Shown piece by piece: positions 18,695 to 28,205 of a DNA stretch of 64,000 nucleotides (positions are counted from its first letter, which is position 1; the number at the start of each line of letters is the position of its first letter). The notes below the pieces were generated by a model. That model had not been told where the DNA came from, ran no database searches, and was given only the letters and a program-made list of their open reading frames with translations. The position numbers and the translations under genes were made by a program. The stretch covers positions 1 through 64,000 of the IMG/VR virus record IMGVR_UViG_3300025096_003663. The stretch is one strand, 5' to 3'. The DNA is from a virus.

Positions 18695-19003
18695 ATGGCA
18701 GATACTTTAGGTGGATTAGTTGATAAACTTGTCACTATTGACATGAAGATGTGGAATAACCAAGAATTTCTATATGAGGTAAGGAGATTAACTTTCGATG
18801 AATTCGAAGCAAAGCACACAGATTCCAGACAGAAAAGAAAGGATCTTTTTGAGTCGATCAAAAAGTGTTGTGACTTGAATGTACAGAGAAATCAATTGAT
18901 TGATGAAATAGACGAAAAAATTGTTGAGATGCTTAAGGCTCTCCTGAAAGGAAGCGAATTGGACGACGGCAAGTTTATTCAGAGAAAACATAAAACATAC
19001 TGA
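18695..19003 (+). CDS. DUF4254-like helical protein
   Basis: LVDKL..I..K.W and LNVQRNQLIDEIDE patterns. Confidence 0.55.
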   Translation: MADTLGGLVDKLVTIDMKMWNNQEFLYEVRRLTFDEFEAKHTDSRQKRKDLFESIKKCCDLNVQRNQLIDEIDEKIVEMLKALLKGSELDDGKFIQRKHKTY

Positions 19004-19011
19004 GGCAAGTT

Positions 19012-19710
19012 ATGATACACGGTAATGAAAATTTATTATTTGGAGAACTCTATAAGCAGCTACCTAATGGCGGTCGCTTTATCGAGATAGGGAGTAGAGA
19101 CGGAAAAGATCATTGTTTTCGTCTGGCAACCAAGGATGGTTGGACAGGCTTTTGTGTGGAGGCAAACCCAGAAATTGCAAATTATTCTTTAAAAAAAACA
19201 TATGAAAACCTACCAGAGGTAAGAACATTCAACTATGCTGTCATGGCAACAAAAGGTAGCGTTGATTTCTATATTGAGGCAACTGAGAATAGCGGAGTAT
19301 CCAGTATCTTTAAAAACAGAGCATCTGGTCAAGATTCGGGGATTAGAAGAGCGATTTCCAAAACTGTTTCCGTTCCATCGATTTCGCTGTATGATTTTTG
19401 GTTATCAGTAAAAAAACCGCCTGTAGATCTACTAATGATTGATACAGAAGGATGTGATGCTGAAATTATTATGTCAACTGATTTTTCCGATTTTAAGCCA
19501 GAATTTATAATGGCGGAAACAACATTTATGTATTATTACTTGGAGCCGCATCTAAAATCAAACAATATAAAAGTTTGGGATATGATCAATGAACATCTTT
19601 CATCTTATGGATATGAACTGATATTACAGAATAACGATATAAATTACAAAAGACAATTCTGCCCAGAATTGATTGATACACCAATGAACGCAGGATGGAG
19701 GAGAATGTAG
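19012..19710 (+). CDS. FkbM-family methyltransferase
   Basis: FIEIGSRDG, VEANP and LLMIDTEGCD. Confidence 0.88.
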   Translation: MIHGNENLLFGELYKQLPNGGRFIEIGSRDGKDHCFRLATKDGWTGFCVEANPEIANYSLKKTYENLPEVRTFNYAVMATKGSVDFYIEATENSGVSSIFKNRASGQDSGIRRAISKTVSVPSISLYDFWLSVKKPPVDLLMIDTEGCDAEIIMSTDFSDFKPEFIMAETTFMYYYLEPHLKSNNIKVWDMINEHLSSYGYELILQNNDINYKRQFCPELIDTPMNAGWRRM

Positions 19711-19712
19711 AA

Positions 19713-20948
19713 ATGAGAATACCTAGAGCATGTATAGTGAGAGAGTGTGGGTACGTTGTCTTGGACGACGAGAATAAGAAAGCATACAGAGTATTGAACA
19801 AGCCATCATACGATATAGTGACATCTGAGATGTTCAAAGAGCGAGAGGGATTGTTTTGGCCAAGAATAATGGAGAAGAATGTCTCTTCTGACGATGGCTT
19901 GATAAAGAGCGACGAAAAGTTTAAGACGGTAGAAGTTGAGTATCTAGAGCATGTTGTCTATTGGACTGAAATGTCCTTTTTCGACATCAAACAATCATTA
20001 TTGTTTCTGTGTGATATTTCTAAGTATTTAGCGGAAAGCAATGTTCATATGGTTTCTCACCTGTGGAATATCAGTCTAAGCAAGGGAAAGCCCTTTTTGA
20101 TAGACTTGGGAGATTTCAGAAGAGGATCCAATTTGCTGGCGATTTATGAAACTATAGTCTCTACATTGTCGGAAAAAACAAGCCATCACATACCAGAAGG
20201 GTATCAGCCATCTAAGTGGATGAATAACCATGACTACATTCTTTACGAGCTAGAGAAAATAAGGCATGGCATCGGCTTAGAGATAAAAGATGTAAATATT
20301 CTCATAGACAAAACAAGAGATGTCGTATCGAAAATTGACATAAAGCAGAAACATATTCGTTGGGACACATACCCTACACAGAGAGACATGCCCGACACAT
20401 TGGAGGGATTGACTGCTTACGCTCCGAGAAATAGACCAAACCTGTGTAAAGTGCTGGAGAGTAAAAAGCCCGAAACACTGCTAGATTTGGGATGTTCTTA
20501 CGGGCTGTATAGCTTTTACGCTTCATCCTTTGGTACTAAGACAGTTGGTTTAGATTATAGTCATGAGATGATTTCATCAGCGAATAAAAAAGCTGACTTC
20601 CTTGATACAGATTGTAGTTTCGGCTTCATTGATTTACTTAATGTGAAAGAGTGGGGCTTAAACGGGGTATATGAATCTTTCGGAAAAAGACTCAAATCAG
20701 AAGCAGTCATAGCCCCAGCCCTACTACACCATGTTCATGGACGAGGCACCTCGGTGGAGGATATCATTCGAGAGTGGATGTCTTGTGCCGAAAAGTGGAT
20801 TATGGTGGAGCATATACCAAACGATACAACTGGTCAGATAATCTCAGCCGACAAGATTGTAGAGACATTCAAAGAAGGCGGGTTTAAGAATATATCTGTT
20901 CTAGACTCCAAGCCTCTTCCAAGGAAATGGATTTTGGCAGAAAGATGA
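19713..20948 (+). CDS. kinase-like N-terminal domain fused to a class I SAM methyltransferase
   Basis: N-terminal HLWNI...PFLIDLGDF; C-terminal LLDLGCSYG, GLDYS and ALLHH. SD ggaggag precedes ATG 19713. Confidence 0.7.
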   Translation: MRIPRACIVRECGYVVLDDENKKAYRVLNKPSYDIVTSEMFKEREGLFWPRIMEKNVSSDDGLIKSDEKFKTVEVEYLEHVVYWTEMSFFDIKQSLLFLCDISKYLAESNVHMVSHLWNISLSKGKPFLIDLGDFRRGSNLLAIYETIVSTLSEKTSHHIPEGYQPSKWMNNHDYILYELEKIRHGIGLEIKDVNILIDKTRDVVSKIDIKQKHIRWDTYPTQRDMPDTLEGLTAYAPRNRPNLCKVLESKKPETLLDLGCSYGLYSFYASSFGTKTVGLDYSHEMISSANKKADFLDTDCSFGFIDLLNVKEWGLNGVYESFGKRLKSEAVIAPALLHHVHGRGTSVEDIIREWMSCAEKWIMVEHIPNDTTGQIISADKIVETFKEGGFKNISVLDSKPLPRKWILAER

Positions 20949-22057
20949 TACCAATCTACAAGCCGTACCTTCCAAGCAATTCTTTAAGATATGCCCATGA
21001 AGCGATTGATTCAACTTGGATCTCTTCTTCTGGGAAATTTTTAGAAAAAGCAACAGAACTACTATCAGAATATCTTGGCACCAGCTATGTTCAGCTAGTA
21101 AATAACGGGACGAGTGCAACACATCTTGTCTCAAAGGCACTAGTGTATAAACATCCAAATGTTAATAAGATCATTTTACCAAACAATGTTTATGTTGCTG
21201 CTTGGAATTCTTTTCTTTATGATAAGGAGTTCGATATTGCCCTGAGCGAGCCGAACTTATCAACATGGAATATTGATCTGGAAAGTTGCCCCCCTCTAGA
21301 TGCTGATGTGGCAGTCTGCTTTGTCCACAATCTTGGGAATATAGTGAATGTTCCCAAGTTTATGAGAGAAAATCCAGGAGTTGTCTGTGTCGAAGACAAC
21401 TGTGAAGGTCTTTCTGGCGAGTACGAAGGTAACAAATCTGGCACAAAATCTCTTGCCTCTTCCCTATCTTTTTTTGGGAACAAGACAATCACATCTGGCG
21501 AGGGCGGAGCCGTTGTGGTTGCTGACGAAGATACTTACGAATATTTGAAATGTATACAAGGTCAGGGTCAAAGCAAAGAAAGGTATGTACACAGCCATCT
21601 TGGTTACAATTATAGGATGACCAATGTTCAAGCTGCAATACTAGCAGGTCAGCTAGAAATAATATCAGAGATATTGGAAATGAAATCGGGACTTTTCAAT
21701 TTTTACAGAGAAGGTCTGTCTTCTGTCGATGGAGTTTCCCTTCAAAGGCAAGAGGAGGGCACGGCTCACTCTAATTGGATGTTTTCTGTCAGAATTCACG
21801 GCTCAAGCGGGTACGAAGATTCTTCCAGATTTTTATGCGAAAGAGGCATAGAGACTAGACCAATGTTTTACCCGTCTTCGAAGCACGACCACATTAAGGC
21901 TTCTAGTCTTGTGGCGAAGGGCACTGAGACTAATGCTGAGATTCTAAATAGGGAATGTATCATACTTCCTTCTTTTCCAGAGTTAAGTAAGAAAGAGCTG
22001 GATCACATCGTTGAGTCAATTAAATCTTTGGCAATAAAAGTACAAAGCCAGAGGTAG
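20945..22057 (+). CDS. DegT/DnrJ aminotransferase, GDP-perosamine synthase-like
   Basis: MIPIYKP, WISSSG, NGTSA, VEDNCE, SFFGNKTITSGEGG (PLP Lys), GYNYRMTN and GIETRPMF. Confidence 0.9.
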   Translation: MIPIYKPYLPSNSLRYAHEAIDSTWISSSGKFLEKATELLSEYLGTSYVQLVNNGTSATHLVSKALVYKHPNVNKIILPNNVYVAAWNSFLYDKEFDIALSEPNLSTWNIDLESCPPLDADVAVCFVHNLGNIVNVPKFMRENPGVVCVEDNCEGLSGEYEGNKSGTKSLASSLSFFGNKTITSGEGGAVVVADEDTYEYLKCIQGQGQSKERYVHSHLGYNYRMTNVQAAILAGQLEIISEILEMKSGLFNFYREGLSSVDGVSLQRQEEGTAHSNWMFSVRIHGSSGYEDSSRFLCERGIETRPMFYPSSKHDHIKASSLVAKGTETNAEILNRECIILPSFPELSKKELDHIVESIKSLAIKVQSQR

Positions 22058-22060
22058 TTC

Positions 22061-22996
22061 ATGAAGTATAAGAAAATTTTAATTACTGGCGGAACTGGGA
22101 TGGTGGGCACTGCTCTTAGGAAGACTCTTCCCAACATGGTCTTCCACTCTTCCAAAGATTTTGATCTTAGAGATCCCTCAGAAGCCAAAAGGATGATGGA
22201 TAAGCATAGTCCAAATGCCGTGATCCATTTGGCTGCCAAAGTTGGAGGAGTAAAGGGCAACACTGATTATGTTGCCGACTACTACTCGGACAATATCCTC
22301 ATAAATACAAACGTGTTAAATGCTTCTCACTTATTCGGAGTAAAGAAGGCTGTCTCTCTATTATCAACATGTATATATCCAGATAAAGTCAGATATCCGA
22401 TTACAGAAGAGCAACTTCACGAAGGGGAGCCTCATTTTTCTAATTTTGGCTATGCTTATTCCAAGAGAATGATCGAGATACAGAGTAGAGCTTACAGACA
22501 GCAATATGGTTCCAACTTTATATGTGCTGTGCCGAATAATTTGTACGGAGGGCACGACAATTTTGATCTTAATAACAGCCATGTTGTACCTGCCTTGGTT
22601 CGTAAGATTTGGGAAGCAAAACTGTCAAACAACTCGTCTGTTGAAGTGTGGGGCAACGGAACTCCAGTTAGAGAGTTCACATATTCGAAAGACATAGCAG
22701 AGATACTTCTTTTCTTGCTCGACAATTACGACGATAAAGAGCCGATAAACATTGGGAATACAGAAGAGCACTCAATAGCAGATGTGGCGAAGCTTATTTG
22801 TAAGCAGTTGGATTACAGTGGAGAAATAGTCTGGAATACAGATATGCCATCTGGACAACATAGGAAGCCAAGCGACAACACGAAACTGATTGACTTGGGC
22901 TGGGATAAGAATAGATACACTCCCCTAAAAGAGGGCTTAAAAAACACCTGTGATTGGTTTATAATGAACTATCCAAATGTAAGGGGTGTTAAGTGA
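22061..22996 (+). CDS. fcl: GDP-L-fucose synthase
   Basis: GGTGMVG, HLAAKVGG, STCIYP (Cys), YAYSK, PNNLYG and SHVVPAL (His). Confidence 0.92.
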   Translation: MKYKKILITGGTGMVGTALRKTLPNMVFHSSKDFDLRDPSEAKRMMDKHSPNAVIHLAAKVGGVKGNTDYVADYYSDNILINTNVLNASHLFGVKKAVSLLSTCIYPDKVRYPITEEQLHEGEPHFSNFGYAYSKRMIEIQSRAYRQQYGSNFICAVPNNLYGGHDNFDLNNSHVVPALVRKIWEAKLSNNSSVEVWGNGTPVREFTYSKDIAEILLFLLDNYDDKEPINIGNTEEHSIADVAKLICKQLDYSGEIVWNTDMPSGQHRKPSDNTKLIDLGWDKNRYTPLKEGLKNTCDWFIMNYPNVRGVK

Positions 22997-24012
22997 AAAC
23001 GGCGATTATAACGGGAGTTACTGGACAGGACGGCTCCTACTTAGCAGAACTGCTCTTATCTAAGGGTTACAGAGTGATCGGCTTAAAAAGAAGAACCTCC
23101 TTGATAAATACGGCAAGGATAGACCATATCTTTTCCCACGAAAACCTAATCCTGGAATATTACGATCTTGAGGATTCGGGCTGTATCTACAAACTAATAA
23201 ATAAATACGAGCCCGACGAGATTTACAACCTTGCTGCACAGTCTCATGTAAGAGTGTCTTTTGATATGCCTGAGCACACAGTTAGCGGAGTGGCTATTGG
23301 ACCTCTTAAGATTCTTGAGGCGATAAGAAATATGAATCTCTGTGATAAGATAAAGTTTTATCAAGCTTCGTCATCAGAGATGTACGGTGATAATCCAGAC
23401 TACCCTTTTAACGAAACCTCAAGGCTTATGCCGGCTTCTCCTTATGCCTGTGCTAAAGTGTTCGCCCACAACATTGTCAGGAATTACAGAGAGTCCTATG
23501 GCATCCATGCCTCTAGTGGAATTCTGTTTAATCACGAATCACCTCGGCGAGGAGAAACCTTTGTTACTCGAAAGATAACCTTGGCAGCAGCCCGGATAAA
23601 GCTTGGACTACAAGATCAGCTATGTCTAGGAAACCTGGATGCTAAACGAGACTGGGGTCATGCTAAAGATTATGTCCTGGCAATGTGGAAAATGTTACAA
23701 AAAGAATCTCCGTCTGATTATGTCATCTCTACTGGGGAGACTCATTCAGTCAAAGAGTTCTTGGAGGAAGTTTTCGATTGTGCTGGGCTTGACCCATATA
23801 AATATCTAAAAATAGATGCTAGACTGTTTAGACCACACGAAGTGCCTTATCTGCTAGGTGATAGTACAAAGGCTCGAAAGGAACTTTCTTGGACACCAGA
23901 GCATAGCTTTAAGACACTAGCAAAAGATATGTATGAAGCCGATTACGAACAGGTGATCAGCTCTGAGGGACGATACGGGCATATCGAAAAAGCGCTGAGA
24001 GAGACAATTTGA
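22993..24012 (+). CDS. gmd: GDP-mannose 4,6-dehydratase
   Basis: ITGVTGQDGSYLAE, NLAAQSHV, QASSSE, SPYACAK, FNHESPRRGETFVTRKI and RDWGHA. Confidence 0.97.
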   Translation: MKTAIITGVTGQDGSYLAELLLSKGYRVIGLKRRTSLINTARIDHIFSHENLILEYYDLEDSGCIYKLINKYEPDEIYNLAAQSHVRVSFDMPEHTVSGVAIGPLKILEAIRNMNLCDKIKFYQASSSEMYGDNPDYPFNETSRLMPASPYACAKVFAHNIVRNYRESYGIHASSGILFNHESPRRGETFVTRKITLAAARIKLGLQDQLCLGNLDAKRDWGHAKDYVLAMWKMLQKESPSDYVISTGETHSVKEFLEEVFDCAGLDPYKYLKIDARLFRPHEVPYLLGDSTKARKELSWTPEHSFKTLAKDMYEADYEQVISSEGRYGHIEKALRETI

Positions 24013-24014
24013 CG

Positions 24015-24371
24015 ATGACAGAAAAGAACGAAATAGACCATCGCCCATGGGGAATGTATGAAGTTTTGTATTCCGGCGATATCTGCAAAGTAAAGAGGAT
24101 AGTCGTCAACCCAAGGCAGCGACTAAGCTTACAGTCACACTCTCAGAGAAGAGAGACCTGGATTATAGTACAAGGAGCAGCCCTCTATCAAAAGGGCGAG
24201 TTTGGACTGGGCTCCGCGACGGCAGGAGATCATATCATAATAGAGAAAAATGAAAAGCACAGGATAGAAAACTGTGGTAAAGAAGAACTGATTTTTATAG
24301 AAGTTCAGACCGGTGAATATTTTGGCGAAGACGATATTGTTCGCTATGAAGATTCTTATGGTAGGACTTAA
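24015..24371 (+). CDS. mannose-6-phosphate isomerase type II C-terminal cupin
   Basis: RPWG, KVKRIVV, LSLQSH..R.E.W, HRIEN and EVQTGEYFGEDDIVRYED. Confidence 0.9.
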   Translation: MTEKNEIDHRPWGMYEVLYSGDICKVKRIVVNPRQRLSLQSHSQRRETWIIVQGAALYQKGEFGLGSATAGDHIIIEKNEKHRIENCGKEELIFIEVQTGEYFGEDDIVRYEDSYGRT

Positions 24372-24384
24372 GGAGGAAACTAAG

Positions 24385-24558
24385 ATGAAACTTTCAGATC
24401 AAGCAGTTGGTGCCCTGATGATGGCACTCCAAAAATGTCTAATGGAACAAACAGATATTGTCCCACTGTTGGGCGAGATGGATTTTACACCAGACGATGT
24501 AGGGAACTTAATTGTAGAGAACCCACCTAAGTTTGAGGTGCCCACAAAAAATGCCTAG
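24385..24558 (+). CDS. small hypothetical protein
   Basis: Strong SD aaggagg before ATG 24385 (MKLSDQAVGALMMALQK). Confidence 0.7.
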   Translation: MKLSDQAVGALMMALQKCLMEQTDIVPLLGEMDFTPDDVGNLIVENPPKFEVPTKNA

Positions 24559-24790
24559 ATATACCTATCAGTGTGAGGTATGTGATGAATACTTCGAAAT
24601 CACCCACGGGATGAAAGAACATCCAGAACCTTGTGAATGTGGGGAGATTTTGACGAAGATTCCATCCATGCCACTCGATATGAAGCTAAAAGAAGGCAAG
24701 AAGAAGGTCGGAGACACAGTGAATACTTATATAGAAGATTCCAGAGATGACCTCGTTCAGCAAAAGAAAGAGATGGAAAGTAAGAGATGA
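24551..24790 (+). CDS. FmdB-like zinc-ribbon protein
   Basis: MPRYTYQCEVC...CECG. Confidence 0.75.
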   Translation: MPRYTYQCEVCDEYFEITHGMKEHPEPCECGEILTKIPSMPLDMKLKEGKKKVGDTVNTYIEDSRDDLVQQKKEMESKR

Positions 24791-25104
24791 ATTATTTAGT
24801 AATAGCATTGGCATTGGTTATTATCTTTATGGCTTGGTTTTGTTATAGATTACTCCGGAATCTATACAACCTGTCGGAAGGTATTCACGATGTTGTCATT
24901 GAGATAGAAGGCTTCACAAAGCACCTCGAATCAATTTACGAAATGGAAATGTTTTATGGGGATGAGACACTAGATTCACTCCTCCGACACTCTAGAGCAC
25001 TGAAAGAAAACTTGGGCGAATTCACAAGAACAAATGCAGCAGAGCTGGAGGATAGGGAGGAAATAGATGAAGAAGAAGAGACTGACTCGGAAGAGACGGA
25101 ATAA
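24787..25104 (+). CDS. hypothetical protein with an N-terminal transmembrane helix
   Basis: YLVIALALVIIFMAWFCY followed by a coiled coil and an acidic tail. Confidence 0.7.
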   Translation: MNYLVIALALVIIFMAWFCYRLLRNLYNLSEGIHDVVIEIEGFTKHLESIYEMEMFYGDETLDSLLRHSRALKENLGEFTRTNAAELEDREEIDEEEETDSEETE

Positions 25105-25768
25105 GAAAGAGAAGAGAGATTATTTCACCGAAGTCCATCAAGAAGCGATTGTAAGATATGCTCAAACAACCGATCTTAAAGAACGAGATCAATTATATGA
25201 AAAACTGATAGGTCCAGCATTCAACGAAATGGTCGATAAGATCGTCTATACCTATAAGTTTACAAACTTAGCAAATATTGATGATCTAAAAGCCGAATGT
25301 AAAATTTGGCTTACAACGATTTTGAACAAGTTTGACCCAGAGAAGGGCTCGAAAGCTTTTAGCTATTTCAGTGTTATAACTAAGAATTGGTTTATACATA
25401 AAGTAAAGCATAATAGCATTCGGCTCAAAAGAGAGGTATACTTCGAAGAAGTTGCTGATCTGGACGAGATGAAAAATCTAGTAACTCACAACGACTACTA
25501 CGACCGACGAGAAAAGAAGGAGTTTTGGGATTCTTTAGGCAAGGAACTTGATGTGTGGGAAGGCGAAGCGGTGAAAGCAAATGAAAAAAGAGTCGTCGAG
25601 GCAATAAGAATTATACTTTCGGAGCCAGAAGACATAGAAATTTTCAATAAAAAAGCTATTTATTTATATCTCAGAGAGATAACAGGTCTAAACACAAAGC
25701 AGATTGTAAATAGTTTGAACAAAGTGAGAACGAAATACAAGCTGTTTAAGGAAGACTGGGACGTATAA
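25067..25768 (+). CDS. phage sigma factor, T4 gp55-like (region 2)
   Basis: IDDLKAEC...LNKFDPEKGSKAFSYFSVITKNWFI resembles sigma region 2.2-2.4; located at the head of the structural module. Confidence 0.7.
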   Translation: MKKKRLTRKRRNKKEKRDYFTEVHQEAIVRYAQTTDLKERDQLYEKLIGPAFNEMVDKIVYTYKFTNLANIDDLKAECKIWLTTILNKFDPEKGSKAFSYFSVITKNWFIHKVKHNSIRLKREVYFEEVADLDEMKNLVTHNDYYDRREKKEFWDSLGKELDVWEGEAVKANEKRVVEAIRIILSEPEDIEIFNKKAIYLYLREITGLNTKQIVNSLNKVRTKYKLFKEDWDV

Positions 25769-25769
25769 A

Positions 25770-26069
25770 ATGAAGAGTAAATTTGTTAGCCATCTCGAAC
25801 AAGCTATCGATAATATAAGAAATGATCGATCTATAGCATCAGAGCTTCTGGGCGATGTTTCAGAATATATTGGTCAAAACAAAGAGAGACACAAAGATGT
25901 CGGTCAAGTTGCCGCTAAATATCTGGAAACTCTTCAGAGATCCAACGAGCAGCTAGTCAAACTAACAGCCATGTTACAGAGGGCAGACGACGATGAATAC
26001 GGAGACTTGACGGAAGACGATAGAGATAAGCTGTTCGAATCGTTCGAGGAGGACGGATCGAATGGCTGA
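25770..26069 (+). CDS. hypothetical helical protein
   Basis: 99-aa ORF in a tightly coupled operon. Confidence 0.7.
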   Translation: MKSKFVSHLEQAIDNIRNDRSIASELLGDVSEYIGQNKERHKDVGQVAAKYLETLQRSNEQLVKLTAMLQRADDDEYGDLTEDDRDKLFESFEEDGSNG

Positions 26070-26655
26070 TAAAAAGAAATCAACAGTGAACACTGAAATA
26101 GAATGGGGAGTATTAAACCCCAGGCAAGATAGTGTTATTAAAGACAACTTTGAGAAGAATGATGTTCAGTGGTTATCATATATAACGAATAAGTTTGTTG
26201 ACTCAATCAACTCTGATGACGATTATATCAAGAAAGGTATTATAGAGAGGATTGAGCCCGACCCCGACCGACTCTTGCCGTCTGGAGTTTATCGATGTAA
26301 GGTCAGATGGGTAGAAGGTGACGGAATCAGCACTGTTGAGTCTATGTCGTCGGAACTAGAAACTACCTCCCATTCTCTAAATAATTTACGAAGAACATAC
26401 GAAGGAGAGCTTTCAAAGAAGCCCCAGATTGGGCAAGAATGTACAATCAAAGTACCGAAAACGAACTTGAGGCACATAGACGGTGAAATCTTAGAGCTAC
26501 ATAACAGATTTTGGTATACAACGGCAGGAGCCAGCAGGAAGCGAACCAAGCCAACATCTGCTAAGAATGCGAATCAGAATGGCGGGGCAACAGGAAATAA
26601 CGGCATTTCGACGAGTACAAGCGAAGATACTCAGACTGCTGAAGGGAGCTCTTAA
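26062..26655 (+). CDS. hypothetical protein, possible gp5/VgrG-type OB-fold
   Basis: KGIIERI...YRCKVR...PQIGQECTIK resembles spike OB-fold motifs; SD gagga. Confidence 0.45.
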   Translation: MADKKKSTVNTEIEWGVLNPRQDSVIKDNFEKNDVQWLSYITNKFVDSINSDDDYIKKGIIERIEPDPDRLLPSGVYRCKVRWVEGDGISTVESMSSELETTSHSLNNLRRTYEGELSKKPQIGQECTIKVPKTNLRHIDGEILELHNRFWYTTAGASRKRTKPTSAKNANQNGGATGNNGISTSTSEDTQTAEGSS

Positions 26656-26673
26656 TAAGAGAGAGGTGCCCAA

Positions 26674-27282
26674 TTGGCGAATAATAATTTAAAGAGATAC
26701 AATAATTTATCCTACTTATATTCCCCATTCAGGGAAGAGGTGATCCAACTGATCCTATCAATACGCCAAAATCAGCTTCCGTTCGTTGTGTATGAGACAT
26801 ACAGGACACCACAAAGGCAGAAGTATCTAAACCACAGTGGCTATAGCACAAACGAGGATCCCTTTCTCAATGCCCATGTTAACGGGTTAGCAATAGATTT
26901 TATGTTAAACGAGAAAGCTGTAATATCTCCATCAAGTGACTCAATGACGATAGAACAGATAGTAGAGAAAGCATTGGACGAAAGAAATTCACCAAAAAAC
27001 TTGGTGATATATGATATAGGAACAAACCTTCTGCCGGCGGACGGCAAGGAAGCTAGGACGATTGTAGAGAACCAGAATGTTTTAGATTTCTGGCAGAACT
27101 TAGGAAAGCTGATAAAGAACCAGTTCCCAAACTTGTCTTGGAACGGAGATAAGAACAAAAAAGAGAACCAACTTATTGGTATTGACCCACCACATGTAGA
27201 ATTTAAAAAAACATCCAGTTTGATACGATCTGGTATCGCTCGACAAGAAATCAAGAGAGCGGGAGCCCCAGGGCTAAAATAG
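26674..27282 (+). CDS. M15-family (L-Ala-D-Glu-type) peptidoglycan peptidase
   Basis: ETYRTPQRQ, AHVNGLAID (HxxGxAxD), WNGD and DPPHVE. Confidence 0.75.
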   Translation: MANNNLKRYNNLSYLYSPFREEVIQLILSIRQNQLPFVVYETYRTPQRQKYLNHSGYSTNEDPFLNAHVNGLAIDFMLNEKAVISPSSDSMTIEQIVEKALDERNSPKNLVIYDIGTNLLPADGKEARTIVENQNVLDFWQNLGKLIKNQFPNLSWNGDKNKKENQLIGIDPPHVEFKKTSSLIRSGIARQEIKRAGAPGLK

Positions 27283-27295
27283 GAGAGGACGAAAG

Positions 27296-28195
27296 ATGAA
27301 ATCAAAAGCGATAAAGGGATTCAATCCAGAGCTAGATAGCGAACTAAATTCTATGCCAGACGGAAAGGGTGTACTCGGCAAAGGTATTGCGGGATCCCCC
27401 AGTATAGAAGAAATTCCATCATTAATAGTAACGGATAGAGATTCTGTTTATCCGCCAGACCCAAAAACAAATGCTCAGATGGTGTGTACGGTTGATAGAC
27501 CGAGAAGCAGAGTTAGCGGCTATTCATCAGATACCCAGGCTGGGTGTATGGATATCGTCGTCGGCAGATTAGGATATGAATCGAGAAGTGTCTCGGTAGA
27601 TCCAGATTTTACCAAGGATGCAGCAAGAATATACATAAGCCAAAAAACAGATGTTGATACCAATTTTAAGCTCATAGAGGGCGGAGTCGGAATGGCGAAA
27701 GCCAGATCTGCTATCGCCATCAAAGCTGATGGTGTCCGGATAATAGGTAGGGAAGGCATCAAAATAGTAACGGGCACAGATAAGAAAAACTCCCAAGGAG
27801 GGGACATACGGTCTATCACTGGTATCGATATTATCGCGGGCAATAAAGAGGCAGAACTTGAGCCCATGGTAAAGGGTGAAAAACTGACTGACTCTTTGGG
27901 TAAGATGGCGGATCACGTAGTTAAACTTAATGCGATTGTGGATCACTTACTGGTTACACAAATGAACTTTAATTCTTCTATCTCTAGTCACTTCCACTAT
28001 TCTCCCTTCTACGGTAATGCTACAACACCATCGGACTCGTGTGTAGCACAGGGAAGCAAGGCATCACTAGACCATCTACAGGAAACGAAGCGATCCCTTT
28101 CGTTTCATAAAAACAATGTTCTTAGCTGGAAGAATAATTGTCTATGTCCATCCGGGCAAGACTTTATCTTGAGCCGATGGAACAAATCTAACTAG
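27296..28195 (+). CDS. putative baseplate central spike C-terminal protein
   Basis: Short beta-strand repeats (IAIKADGVRIIGREGIKIVTG), PMVKG.KL and a C-terminal HxH (SHFH); located upstream of the wedge genes. Confidence 0.5.
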   Translation: MKSKAIKGFNPELDSELNSMPDGKGVLGKGIAGSPSIEEIPSLIVTDRDSVYPPDPKTNAQMVCTVDRPRSRVSGYSSDTQAGCMDIVVGRLGYESRSVSVDPDFTKDAARIYISQKTDVDTNFKLIEGGVGMAKARSAIAIKADGVRIIGREGIKIVTGTDKKNSQGGDIRSITGIDIIAGNKEAELEPMVKGEKLTDSLGKMADHVVKLNAIVDHLLVTQMNFNSSISSHFHYSPFYGNATTPSDSCVAQGSKASLDHLQETKRSLSFHKNNVLSWKNNCLCPSGQDFILSRWNKSN

Positions 28196-28205
28196 GGGTG
28201 ACTCA

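Noticed and set aside
24787-25104. Holin paired with the M15 peptidase
   Set aside because: A single N-terminal TM helix is insufficient evidence, and three genes separate it from the peptidase.
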